Of a DNA stretch of 32,000 bases, positions 31,600 through 32,000 are shown piece after piece (position 1 is the first letter of the stretch; each line of letters opens with the position of its first letter). Source of the DNA: Candidatus Woesearchaeota archaeon. Its GTDB lineage: Archaea > Nanobdellota > Nanobdellia > Woesearchaeales > ARS49. Location: assembly GCA_016188265.1 (NCBI GenBank), contig JACPID010000011.1:1-32000 (forward strand). The letters are read 5' to 3'. A model generated the notes under the pieces. That model worked only from the letters and a program-made list of their open reading frames with translations, did not search any database and was not told the origin of the DNA. Position numbers and translations under genes: made by a program.

Positions 31600-32000
31600 T
31601 TATCCCATCATTCCAGGAGGCATTCCTCCGCCCATTGGTGGCATGTGCCCTCCGCCTTCTCCTGAGGATCCTCCTGATATTACATCGTCTATTCTTAAGA
31701 TCATTTGTGCTACTTCGCTAGCTGAGCTTATTGCTTGTGTTTTGATTTTTAGTGGTTCTATTACTCCTGATTTCCAGCTGTCCATTATTTTTCCTTTGAA
31801 CACGTCGACTCCTGCCCATTTTTGTTTTTTGTCATGGGCTGATTTTAATTCTGTAAGTATGTCTATTGGGTCAAGCCCTGCATTTTCAGCAAGTGTTCTT
31901 GGAATTACTTCTAAGGCATTTGCAAATGCATTTACTGCTAATTGTTCTCTGCCACTTAGCGAGTCTGCGAATTTTTTTAGTTCTTTTGCAACTTCAATTT
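31600..32000 (-). CDS. ths: thermosome (group II chaperonin) subunit, C-terminal part; continues beyond the window
   Basis: '[30 protein letters not shown]' is followed by the tail '[18 protein letters not shown]'. The frame stays open upstream of the track's Met ('..[36 protein letters not shown]'). Confidence 0.9.
   Translation of the reverse strand, partial: IEVAKELKKFADSLSGREQLAVNAFANALEVIPRTLAENAGLDPIDILTELKSAHDKKQKWAGVDVFKGKIMDSWKSGVIEPLKIKTQAISSASEVAQMILRIDDVISGGSSGEGGGHMPPMGGGMPPGMMG

Overview
This is an AT-rich archaeal chromosomal window that looks DPANN-like. The archaeal call rests on a thermosome, Elp3, a PAC2-type proteasome chaperone, Spt5, an archaeal-type CMP kinase and a tRNA with a canonical intron. 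The backbone is housekeeping: a PAC2-like chaperone, a SIMPL lipoprotein, an MFS transporter, cmk, FKBP, the ftsZ-secE-spt5-rpl11-elp3 block, cysS, tRNA-Ile(GAU) and the thermosome. Three things stand out. (1) An ~11.7 kb island (15921-27610) holds six adjacent genes for signal- or anchor-bearing, Cys-rich, Pro-linker modular proteins with no recognisable catalytic motifs. They carry CGNG..GE.CD repeats and DxDGG modules, and two of them share exact 63-nt and 71-nt DNA blocks around a 60-nt variable cassette. One gene is split by an exact 10-bp tandem duplication, and a recurrent F-x-x-TG / YARVVA junction motif appears in several. This is my best candidate for an undescribed surface or host-contact system with built-in variation. 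(2) Two decayed intergenic zones (7215-8026 and 13067-13373) contain gene remnants and a small structured repeat element. Its two copies share an exact 21-mer plus a stem with one compensated base pair. One copy sits in a ~240-290 nt hairpin-dense block, and the other interrupts a UPF0175-like reading frame by exactly 101 nt. (3) A translationally coupled pair encodes a PlsC-like acyltransferase and an ANL (PaaK/F390-synthetase-like) adenylating enzyme, which is odd for an archaeon. All product calls come from motif recognition by eye; no database search was run.
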